A stretch of 64,000 nt of DNA from Rebecca billardiae RCC1528 (taxonomy: Eukaryota; Protista; Haptophyta), in contig OZ251223.1 in NCBI GenBank assembly GCA_965240325.2, forward strand, positions 2,976,001-3,040,000, given 5' to 3'. The notes beneath the pieces were generated by a model. That model ran no database searches, was not told the DNA's origin, and worked only from the letters and a program-made list of their open reading frames with translations. The translations under genes were made by a program, and so were the position numbers. Position 1 is the first letter of the stretch; each line of letters begins with the position of its first letter. Below are positions 22,977-33,932 of the stretch, piece by piece.

Positions 22977-24341
22977 CGGAAGGCCGGGCGCGTGTGGTCC
23001 GGGCATTCGATTATCAATGAACGAACAATCCGTTGCCGCACGGTTGGCCACCCGCTCGCGCATGCGGAGGACGAGGCAGGGTGACCACCCTCGGACGAGG
23101 GGCGGAAGTTTCACGTTTTGCAACTCTTCATGACTCAATCGCATAGTGCGGACGTCGTCCAACCACGTTCGACCATGATAAACCTCGGTTTCGTAAATTA
23201 CTACGTAGTATGCGCGGCTAAACCACTCCGATTACTGGCACCACCCATAATTTGGCCGCTTCGGGTTGCCTTTGTGGCTTGAGTGCTTGACGATGATGGT
23301 TTATTGGCGCGTTTTCCGTCCAATCGCGCCTTGGCTCTCGGCCGCTCGGCCCGGCCGACCGCGTCAAACCGGTAGCTACCTTGCCGCAACCGCGTCAATG
23401 CCATCGTTCTCGTTCTTCGCAAACCATCCTCCCACGGAGCCCGTGGGTTTTGGGGGCATGTACCGCGCCGACGAGGTGCAGACACCACAACTCCTCGGCG
23501 CGGACCTCCTCCCCGAGTCACATGACTTCTTCGGGGACCCGGCGCTCGTCTCGTTCAAGGATCACTCTAGAGATGAGCATTACGAGCACTTCCACGCGTG
23601 GGTGCACCGTGCTTGGAGCCAATGAGGCGCTCATCGTGTCCGGCGTGCGCGTGTTGTGTGACACGCCATTGCGCATTACTTAGGCATCAAACATTCCGCC
23701 CATGAAGGGAAGCCTCACTCTGTCGCACCGCCCGCGGGCGCGCGGCCCGCGATCTCGGCCCGCGGGTCGGACCGGACCGTCCGGTACTGATGGGCTGTGG
23801 CACCGCGACGGGTCGAGGCGTAAGCTCTAGAGCTCCGGTGGCGACGCTGTTGACCAGCGCCACCGCCTGCTAAGCATACGTACACTCGGACGTATTTTAG
23901 TCACTTTATTTACTCGTTTAGTATATTTTCAAAATGGCGCGGCGCAAATACTGAATAACGACTATTAACTGTTTTAAAATAAGTCAGTTACTGGTGTGAG
24001 TCGGAGTGCCTGAGTGGTGACCCCGGGCTGGTCGGCGCAGAGTGCCGGCCCGCGGCGTGCACCGCATACACGGGCCCGCGTGGCCGCCGATCATAGATAG
24101 TCAGACTGCGCGGCGCAGCCGAAGACTCGAGGTGAATGAATGAGACCGTGCGCCGCGACGCCTCTCTGAGCGAGGTGAGCTTCGAGGCCGCGGTATCGCC
24201 GATTTGATCGCCTCGACGGGCATGCGTCCGGTGACTCGCGGGCCCAACGTCCAACGCTGGGCTCCACGATCGCCTGCCATGCCATACGCGCTGCGCCATG
24301 CAACTTGGAAGCACGCCGGCGGGCGCAGCGATGAGCGAGAC

Positions 24342-26303
24342 CTACGCCTCGTCAAACGCGGCGATGAGCCGCTCGCGCATGCGCCCCGAGGCGCGGGGCG
24401 CGGGGAAGTCGGCGGCGCCCGCCGTGCGCGGCGGGCGGCGCTGCTGCGCGCGCAGCCGCGCTTCGAACGCCTGGAGCTCGGAGCGGACCTCAACCGCCCC
24501 CTCGGCGGGGTGGGGCGGCAAGGGTGCCAGGCGGGCCTTGCGCGAGCCCCGCACCGAGCGGGGCTGCGGCGGCGCGGGGTACTGCGGCACGAGATGGGCG
24601 ACGTCCACAGTCGCCCACTCGCCCACGCCCATGCGCATCTCGTCTGTCGCGCTCGCGCGCCGGTGCAGGCTGGCGGGGAGGCCGCCGCTGCCGCGGCCGA
24701 GCGCGGCTGGTGCCGAGCGCGGCGGGGCCTCAGCCCTGTCGCGCGCGCGCGAGGCGTCTTCGTGCGAGCTGGGCGAGACCGCGCGCGCGATCGCGAGCAC
24801 CGCCGCCGCGCGCACCGCCGCCGGCGCGTCTGCCGGGTAGGCGGCATGCCGGCGCACGGGGCTCGAGCCAAAGGGCAACGGCGAGCCAGACCGTGGCCGA
24901 GACCGGCCGGAGCTGGATGACGAGACGTGGTCGAGATCGCCGGGGGAGTCCACGTTGGGCGGCGCCTTCGGTCGCGCGCCCAGCGCCTGGGGCGCCCACG
25001 CCATGTCCCACAGGCTGGACGAGGTGTGAGCGTCGTCGCGCACGGACGGTGTGCGCGGCAGCTTGGGCGGCGGGCGGTGGCCGAGGCGCGCGTGCACGCC
25101 CGAGGCGGAGCGGCCGCTCAGGCCGGACGCGGACGGGAACACGGCGCTGGCGGATGTGGACGGCGGCGTGGACGAGAGGCGGGAGAGCTCGCCCTCCGCC
25201 AGCCCGCGCTCCTGCTCGAGCTCGCTGATCGCCTCGCTGATCTCCTGCGCGTCCCACGACACGGCGCCCGGCCGCGTCGGCAGGAAGTTGGCGGGCATCA
25301 GCCGCGCGCGCGTGGGCGAGGAGCCGTCGACCTCGCGCGGCGGCGAGCGCACGCCGGCGTGCTCGGCCGAGGGTACGTGCGGCGCAGCCTTCGGCACGAC
25401 GGGACGCTCGAAGCGCGTGCGCTCGAAGTCGACGCTGCCGCCAAACTGGCCGCGCACGCCCGCGGCGCCGTCAAACGCGGGGTGGTCCTTCAGCTCGGCT
25501 GGCGGGGTAGGCGCTCCGCCGGGCAGGACGGAGGGGTGGGTCGAGATGGCGTTGGGGTCCCAGCGCAGTGAGCCGCGCAGCTGGCGCCCCTCCTCGGCCG
25601 CTTCGCGCGCCTCGACCATCATCTTGACGTGGTCGCGCCGCTTGGTCGGGGCCGGCCCTCCGCCCGCACCCGCGCTCAGCTCCGCGATGTACTCAAAGTC
25701 GATCGGCGTGGGCTCGTACCGGGCGACGCGCCCGGCCGCGCCGTCGAAGGCGGCGAGCTCGTCCAGCGGCTTTGTCACCGACGAGCCGTCCATGTCGTGC
25801 CCGAAGACCACCTCGTCCACGTTGCCCACGTTCGCCGCGCGCCGCACGATGTGGTCGTGCATCTGCGCACGGCGCGTCTGCCGCAGCCCGAGCGTCCACC
25901 AGCGCATATTCTCGCGGCCGTACTCGACCTGGTTCGGGGTACGAAAGCCCGGCGGCCCACCCAGGAAGATGGAGGTCGGGTCGTACCCGTCCAGCCCGGG
26001 GAGACCCGCAACGACTGCGGCCGCGTCGTCCGCCGCCAGAGGCTTGTCGAGCAACCCCGCCTCCTGCTGGCGGCGGAGCTCGAGGATCTTGTCAATGATC
26101 GGATTTGGCTGCGTCTGCGCCGACCATGGCGACTTATCGGGCACGCGGTACACGTCCGACGGCGAGTGGAGCCGGTGGCCGGCCCCAGCCGTGCGTCGGA
26201 GCGCCTCCTCGTCGCGCCTCGCGGGCATGTCGTTCCAAGGGCCCGAGCGAACGTGGCGGCCCCGACCGGGACCGGGCTTCTTCGGTTCTTCCCGCTCGCC
26301 CAT
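24342..26303 (-). CDS. Hypothetical protein (653 aa)
   Basis: Long ATG-initiated ORF with host-like GC3 codon pattern; internal repeat AFDGAAG x2. Confidence 0.75.
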   Translation of the reverse strand: MGEREEPKKPGPGRGRHVRSGPWNDMPARRDEEALRRTAGAGHRLHSPSDVYRVPDKSPWSAQTQPNPIIDKILELRRQQEAGLLDKPLAADDAAAVVAGLPGLDGYDPTSIFLGGPPGFRTPNQVEYGRENMRWWTLGLRQTRRAQMHDHIVRRAANVGNVDEVVFGHDMDGSSVTKPLDELAAFDGAAGRVARYEPTPIDFEYIAELSAGAGGGPAPTKRRDHVKMMVEAREAAEEGRQLRGSLRWDPNAISTHPSVLPGGAPTPPAELKDHPAFDGAAGVRGQFGGSVDFERTRFERPVVPKAAPHVPSAEHAGVRSPPREVDGSSPTRARLMPANFLPTRPGAVSWDAQEISEAISELEQERGLAEGELSRLSSTPPSTSASAVFPSASGLSGRSASGVHARLGHRPPPKLPRTPSVRDDAHTSSSLWDMAWAPQALGARPKAPPNVDSPGDLDHVSSSSSGRSRPRSGSPLPFGSSPVRRHAAYPADAPAAVRAAAVLAIARAVSPSSHEDASRARDRAEAPPRSAPAALGRGSGGLPASLHRRASATDEMRMGVGEWATVDVAHLVPQYPAPPQPRSVRGSRKARLAPLPPHPAEGAVEVRSELQAFEARLRAQQRRPPRTAGAADFPAPRASGRMRERLIAAFDEA

Positions 26304-27198
26304 CAGGGCAAAACATTTCGTCGCGGGTAGCGCGGGTGTCGTGCATCGGCAAGTAAATTGCTTGCGCAGTGCGTCCTGACATTATTCTCTTCGAGGAGTG
26401 CGCGCCATTCTGCTCGTCTATCAGCAGCCCCACTCACGCGATGAGCGGGTGCCAAGGCCCCGCATAGTGATTCGTGCTGTACTGCTGTGCGCAAACGCAG
26501 CACTGTAACTGGCCAGGGACGCCGTGGCTGCTGCGCTGCCACGGGCAACTCTGACCACGTCAGGGGCCTGATTCTCGGAAACGGCCGTTCGCGGCGTGCG
26601 TCATGCGGCACTCATGCCATCCGTTCCGCTTGGCTTCCGCATAACCTACTGTACGGAAAGTGACTCGTCTTCTTGAAGCAGCTACCAGCCTGTGCCGAAG
26701 CACGCTGCCATCGCGACCACCCCGAGTCCATGAGTCCATAACCAGGCCGTAGAACATTGTAGATCGGGCTTGATCGCGGCAGTTCCAGAGACCGGTCTAT
26801 CAGAGCGCTCGGTGGAGCGCTTCGTGGAACTTGAGCCGGGATGCGGAACTTGAGCCCGCATGTCTCAGCGAAGGACCCCATCTCAGCGTGGCTGGCACGC
26901 TCGGCACACGCTCCTCAGCGCTCGTTTCGCGATGCGGCAGGCCTTGGGCAGACCAGGGCACCAGGCAGACATGCCGCGACCGACTTACCGGGCCATGCGC
27001 GCACCATAAACATCCGCGCTAAGTGGCCTGCGCGCTGGACGACTGAGAGTCAATGCCGACCCAATGCATTCCACTGCCCCGCATGCACCCCGAGTCACCT
27101 TCAGAGGGCGTCGACAAGCGCAGAGCGGGTGCGTGGGAGTGCGACCAAAAGCGGCGGGCAAGCCTTTGGCCGGCAGGCTGGGATGCACAGCCGCGGCG

Positions 27199-29879
27199 GA
27201 GTCCACTCCACCGAAATCGCGGGTCTGCCCGGCCTCCTCGCTCTCCAAATGCCCGGGGGGGGGCCGGGCAGATTGCGCGCGTGCCCGGCCTCCGTGCATG
27301 CACGCGGCGTGCGCGGAGATCATACGGCGATCGCCCGAGATCATAAGTCGCGTGCGCGGGCCGCCCTACCGCGGGGTGCGCGCGCGTGTTCGCACCCTGG
27401 CCGCCCGCATCGCCCGCGGCAGGCCGTCGCGCGCGCTCGCGGGCGGGCGCTAGGGTGCCCGGAACCCGATCGCGCTGTCGGTTCGCGCCCGCGCGCCTTC
27501 CGCCGCCGCCGCGGCCCGCCGGAACGCCCGCAACGCACTGCCTGTATGGCCCGGTGAAAGCGCGGCCGCGTGGCGAGGCGAGGACGGCGATGTCAGGGCG
27601 GCGCACGTGCGTGTGACGTGTCTCGTGCGGTACTCTCGTCGACGGACCAGCGTCACGTGCGCCGCGGCTCCCGTTCCGACCACGCGCCGCGCGCGTGCCG
27701 CTCGGCGCGGCTGAGCCACTGCTCTGACGGCTCGTCGGTCAGCGCGGCCAAGTCGCACCCGCGACGGGCAGACGAGGCCGCGCGCCGGCTCCACGGGCGC
27801 AGGACTACGCGCGCTATCCTCCCTCCGCGAGGCGTAGGCGGCTGCGCCTCGAGACTGCCGCCGCGGCCGTGCCGCGCCCGAGCGTGTGATCGGACGGCAC
27901 TGCGGGCACGTGCCAGCGGTGGGACGCGGCGCGCGGCGCGGCGCGTCGAGCGGAGTCACGCGGACGGCACGGCGACGACCCGTGACGGGCAGACGAGGCC
28001 GTGTTCTTCGGGCGCATGCCTGCACGCGCTAGCCTCCTTCCGTGAGGGGTAGGCGGCTGCGCCTCGAGACTGCCGCCGCGGCCATGCCGCGCCCGCGCGT
28101 GTGATCGGACGGCACCGCGGGCTACACTTAGCACTACGGCCACCTCATGGCGATGGCTGGCCAGGTAGTGCGGCACGTCCATGCCTCCGGATGGGCATCG
28201 AGCGGTGGCGTGGTCGCCGAACCGCGTGGCGTAGTCCCAGAGCAGGTTGCTGTCAGCCCTGATCAGCCCAGCGCTAGCCAGCATGTCCGTCGATGATGGC
28301 CGCGCTGTTGTCAAATGTCAGTCGCGACACACGTATTCGCAGCATCGCTCAGCGGCAGCTGTCTGACGCAGTCGCGCGACTACTGCGCAGCCAACCTTGC
28401 TCGTCAGACGCACGGCGTGCGGAGTGAGACGGAACAGTGACAGTTCGGCATCCTCGCACGACATGCCCGAGAGTTCAGCGTTCAGAAGGGTGACCCTGGC
28501 CCCTACTTACCCATCCTTCCCATACTACTCAGCTTCACGCGCGCCGGTCGCACGAGCCCAAGGACGTGGACGTGGACGTGAGAGTGGTCGAAAAGTTTGA
28601 AGGGAAGTTGTCACTCATGACCACGCGCTCGTACGGCCACGCCGACCTGCCTACGCCTCGCCCCGGTGACCCGGCCGTGGCGCGCGGTGGGACGGGCATT
28701 CATGCCCACCATGGCTTCCCTTCAAACTTCATCTGGACCCACGTACTGTACAGTAGATGCCAGCGCAGTGCCAGTGGGCCGCGGCGCGTGGCGCTGCTCG
28801 TCGAGTGGAGTCATGCGGACGGCACAGCGACTAACAACATGCGTCGTCTCTCGAGTGTTGGTAGCTCTACAGATGAGCACGTGATTCCACACATCGCTAG
28901 GCTGAAAGTCGTGTTGGCCCGTGAGCTGGTTGGCTGCCAGTCTGTGTCACAGCAAGCCCGCGCGCCTGACAGGTGCTGGGCTGCTGGAGTCAAGAGTGTA
29001 AGTCATTTGCGACGCGTGCGTGACTGACTTCGTGCTGCAGGGACACGCAACGCGGAGCAAGCGCTACGGGCCGGACTCTTGCCCGAGGAGTGCGACAGAT
29101 CGTCGCCGTGCCGTCCGCGTGACTCCGCTCGACGCGCCGCGCCGCGCGCCGCGTCCCACCGCTGGCACGTGCCCGCAGTGCCGTCCGATCACACGCTCGG
29201 GCGCGGCACGGCCGCGGCGGCAGTCTCGAGGCGCAGCCGCCTACGCCTCGCGGAGGGAGGATAGCGCGCGTAGTCCTGCGCCCGTGGAGCCGGCGCGCGG
29301 CCTCGTCTGCCCGTCGCGGGTGCGACTTGGCCGCGCTGACCGACGAGCCGTCAGAGCAGTGGCTCAGCCGCGCCGAGCGGCACGCGCGCGGCGCGTGGTC
29401 GGAACGGGAGCCGCGGCGCACGTGACGCTGGTCCGTCGACGAGAGTACCGCACGAGACACGTCACACGCACGTGCGCCGCCCTGACATCGCCGTCCTCGC
29501 CTCGCCACGCGGCCGCGCTTTCACCGGGCCATACAGGCAGTGCGTTGCGGGCGTTCCGGCGGGCCGCGGCGGCGGCGGAAGGCGCGCGGGCGCGAACCGA
29601 CAGCGCGATCGGGTTCCGGGCACCCTAGCGCCCGCCCGCGAGCGCGCGCGACGGCCTGCCGCGGGCGATGCGGGCGGCCAGGGTGCGAACACGCGCGCGC
29701 ACCCCGCGGTAGGGCGGCCCGCGCACGCGACTTATGATCTCGGGCGATCGCCGTATGATCTCCGCGCACGCCGCGTGCATGCACGGAGGCCGGGCACGCG
29801 CGCAATCTGCCCGGCCCCCCCCCGGGCATTTGGAGAGCGAGGAGGCCGGGCAGACCCGCGATTTCGGTGGAGTGGACTC
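27199..29879. mobile_element. Long-TIR foldback element 2 (2681 bp)
   Basis: 780-bp arms 27199..27978 and 29100..29879, no mismatch noticed; same 20-nt termini as element 1; 5-bp TSD CGGCG at 27194..27198 and 29880..29884. Confidence 0.93.
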
Positions 29880-30187
29880 CGGCGGCAGGTGTGCGTGAAA
29901 AGTAGAGCGATTCGGAGATTGATGGAGATATTGACGATCCACACACAAGCATCTGACCAACACATAAACGTGGGTAACAACGAATACAAGCCTGTCGGCT
30001 TGATATGGGTTTAGGTAAAACCGCGCTCTAATCAATTCTGACTCATTATCAACCGCGCGTTCCGAAATCTCGGGATCTCGCGGGCAGAAGAAGGCCCAAG
30101 CTTGGCAAGGCGGGTGCGTGCGTTGCGAGCGGGCACGGAAGCTCGGTATCATTCTAGCCGCCTCGTCGGGGAGGCGCTTGCCCACCA

Positions 30188-33100
30188 ATGCGCCTGCCCG
30201 CGTCGTTCCGCCGCTCTCGCGTCGGGGCGCTGTCGGCCACGCCGGCTGCCGAGCGCGACGCTGGGGCGCCGGCACCGGCAGAGATGGAGGAGGGCCGACC
30301 GGCCAAGCGTGTCACGTCCGGCAGGCGTGTCGCTGCCGGCTGGGTGCGAGACAAGCGCACGTGGCTGGCGCTGTTCGCGCTCCTCGTGCTTCTCGGCATC
30401 GCCGCATGGCAGCTCGCCGTGCAGGAGCTCGGCCGCCAGGCTTCCCTGAGGGAAAGCGTGCTCGCGCTCGCCGAGCTGCACGCCGCCGAGCTCGGCCGAC
30501 AGGTGCGCACATCGGTTGCCTCGTCGCTCGCGCTCGGCGCGCTCGCGCGCGCACTCGGAGATAACATCACCCTGCCCATATTCGACACGGTGGCCGCCTC
30601 GCTGATCGAGACGCACCGTGGCGTGACGAACCTGCAGCTCGCGCCGCGCGGCACCGTCCGCATGATCTACCCGCTCCGGGACGAAGACCGCCTCGCGATC
30701 GGGCACGCGCTCCTGATTGACCCCGCGCGACGTGACGGCGCCGTCGGCACGATCGAGGCCTATCCCGAGCAGCAGGCGACGGTGGCGGGCCCGCTTCGGC
30801 TGGTGCAAGGCGACATGGCGATCATCGCGCGGCACCCCGTCTTCGCGAGCCATGCCGACCCGATCCTGCAGCTCGACCCGTACTTTGTCCACCCGAAGAC
30901 GGGCGAGAATCACACGGCCGACTGCGAATCGCTCGGCGGCTGCGAGTTCGAGGGGCCGCGCGATTCGGAGGAGCGGCGCACGTACTTCTGGGGGTTCACG
31001 ACGATGCTCGCCACCGTGGACACGCTCCTCGACCCCGTCCACATCGGCCGCCTCGAGCTGCCGCACAGCTCGCTGCCCGGAGAGCTCAGCCTCGCGTGGT
31101 CGCTGCGCGCTGCCACCCCGCACCCGTCTCTCAACAGCTCGGGCGGCGTGTTCGCCTCCTCGCCGATAGACGTGGGCGCGGACGCGGTGGAGGCGCCCAT
31201 CTCGCTGCCGGACGTGGGGATTGAGTGGGTGCTCGCCGTCGCGCCTACGACCGGCTGGCCGACCACCTCAGACTCCTTCATTGTCGACCTTGCGCTCATC
31301 GGCGCGTTCACGGTCGCCGGGGCAGGCTTGCTCGCTGCGCTGCTGCTCCGTGCCGTGCGCACGGCGCACGCGCGCCGCGCCGAGGAGTTGGCGGCTCAGG
31401 CGAGCCGACACACGGAGGAGGAGCGGGTGGCGGCTGCCACGCAGGCGCGCGCGCGCCTCATCCGCACCGTGATGCACGACCTGCGCTCGCCGCTGCTCGC
31501 GTGCACCTCGATCTCGCGCTCGCTGCGCGGCCACACGCGCGAGGGCGACGCCCAGGGCACCTCGCTGCTCGACGCGCTCGCCAAGTGCATCGAGCTGATG
31601 GAGAAGATCATGTCCGACATGCTCGACTTCCAGCGCATCGAGTCGGGCCACCTCAATCTCCAGCTCGCCCCCTTCACGCCCATCGAGCTTCTCGACGGCG
31701 TGCGCGCCACCTTCGGCGAGCGCGCGGCTGAGATGGGCGTGGAGCTCGACGTCTGCGACGCGCCGCTGCCGCCCAGCGCGTGGGCCGACGCGGGCACCGT
31801 GCCGGCGCTGGTGCTGCTGCGCGGCGACAGCCGGCGGCTGCAGCAGTGCCTGAACAACGGCGTCTCCAACGCGCTCAAGTTCACCAAGGCCGGCGGCCAC
31901 GTGCGCGTGACGATGAAGCTCACGACGGCCGACGACAGGCAGCCGTCGCCCGCTGCAACGCCAGCGAGTCGTGCGGCCGCGGCCTCATCCGCGACGCACC
32001 ACGACCTCGTCTCGGACGCCGAGAGGGGTGACGGCGCCCATGCCTCGCGCACGACCGCTGCCAAGGGCAGTGCGGGTTCCTTTTTACGGACAGTGCGCCG
32101 CATGAGCGCGACGGCGGCGAGGCGCTCCCTGCCGCCGCAAGCCAACGGCGCGAGCAGCAAATCCGACGGCAGCTTTGTCCACGCGGCTGAGCCTGCTGAG
32201 TTGGTTGAGCTCGAGATCGGCGTGGTGGACGACGGCATCGGGCTAGACGCCGCCGAGCTCGCGGCGCTGAACGCGGACGAGGCCTTCACGCAGGTGCGCC
32301 TCGCGCGTGCCTCGCCACCCGCTCGGTGCTGCGCGCGGGCGCCGGCGATGGCCCCAGCACCGCGTGCGTTGACACCAAACGTCCGCGCGCCTCGCGCTCC
32401 CACGCGCGCGCTTGGCAGGTTGGTCGCGGACAACTCCAGGGCAATGGTGGCACGGGGCTTGGGCTCAATATCGTGCGACACATCCTTCGCCGCCATATGG
32501 GCTCGGAGCTGTGCCTCCACTCCGGCGGGAGGGGATGCGGCACGTCGTTTGTGATGCGCGTGCGCTGCGAAATGGTCGACAGCAGCGAGGCTGACACTCC
32601 GCCGCCCTCGCCAGCGCCTAGGACGTCGAGGGGATCGGCATCCGGGGTGACGCCAGCGCGGCGCTCGGTCAAGCTGCGTAAGCGGCAGATCTCGAGCGGC
32701 GAGGCACCGATCCGTCAGGTGTACCCCGGCTACCGCGTGCTGCACGTCGAGGACGACGCCTTCCTTCGCATGTGCGCGCACACTGCCCTGCGGCCGCTGC
32801 GCGCGCGTGTGCGAGCCCTCCGGTGGCAGTTGAGGGGCACTCGCGGGCACTCACGGGCGCCCGCCGCTGCGTGGCCCCATCCCACCTATGTCACAGGACC
32901 CTTCCATCGTCGACGTTGGACGTGATCGGCGCGAGCTACGAGCAGGCCGAGGACGGGCGGCAGGCGTGCGACCTTGTGCGCTCCGGGCAGCACTTCGACT
33001 GTGTCCTCATCGACAACCAGATGCCTGAGATGGACGGCACCGAGGCCACGGCCCAGCTGCGTGCCATGGGCTTTGCCGGCCTCATCATCGGGATGACGGG

Positions 33101-33281
33101 CGACCCCGTAGGCTGCGACGAGCGCGAGCTCTTCGAGAAGTCTGGGCTCGACGCGTGCGTCGACAAAGACACGGACGGCGTGCGCCGCGCGGTCGTGATG
33201 ATGCTCGAGCACTCCGACGATGTGGGCCGCCCGCGCACCGCTGCTGCTTTTGCCGCGGGCGAAGTTGTATCAGTGTCCTGA
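30188..33281 (+). CDS. CHASE-domain hybrid histidine kinase (TM-CHASE-TM-HisKA-HATPase-REC), 3 exons
   Basis: CHASE motifs AIGHALL, AGPLRLVQG..IIARHPVF, FWGF; MHDLRSPL, NNGVSNALKFT, DDGIG, GTGLGLNI, LIDNQMP; introns 32294..32418 and 32772..32896; start could be the downstream Met of MEEGRP. Confidence 0.9.
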
Positions 33282-33932
33282 ATGCGAGCGGCACCAGCCC
33301 CCAGAATTCGGCGACGCCAGGGGCGACGCCGACCACCTCGACGCGGAAGTACGCCGCTGATTCTTGGCGTCCGGTTTCCAACTCCCTTGGGGCCTCTGCC
33401 CGTCTGCCGGTCGGCCCGGAGCCGTGACGCCGCCCTCAAAAGGGCGGACTGCTAGTAGTGAGGGAGAGAGAGAGAGAGATTAATAGGATATAGAGAGACG
33501 GATATACAGTATCTCGAATCATCATCATCATCTCTCTCTCTCTCTAGCTCTCTAGTCTCTCTCTCTCTCTAGCTCTCTGCTCTCATCCGTCCGTCTCACT
33601 CTCACTGGCTCGTCTAGAGACTAGATCAGTGTCTGATCCGACGCCGCCCTCGGTCGTAGTTTAATAACTATATAGTTGGGCGGACTCCGGACTGACGTCG
33701 TACTACTGCTGACACGGACTGTCTGACAGTCGTCAGCAGACTCAGAGTAGCAGCACTGCTAGCAGTAGTCCCACGGCGGCCACTCGCCCTCGGCTGCGGA
33801 GTGTACGGAGGGCCGTGCCGCCTGCCCGGGCTGCGAGGAACGCCGCTGCCGGCTCCGGAGCTCCGAGCTGTTCGAGAAGTCTGCTGGGCTCGACGCGTGC
33901 GTCGACATCACACTGCATGATACTGCGCGCTA

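Noticed and set aside
23266-23683. Short coding-like ORF (MPSFSFFANHPP..)
   Set aside because: Short, no recognisable family; at most a gene fragment.
20528-29879. Foldback assembly artefact as explanation of the inverted repeats
   Set aside because: Each has its own 5-bp TSD and both share the same terminal 20-mer, unlikely for chimeric reads.
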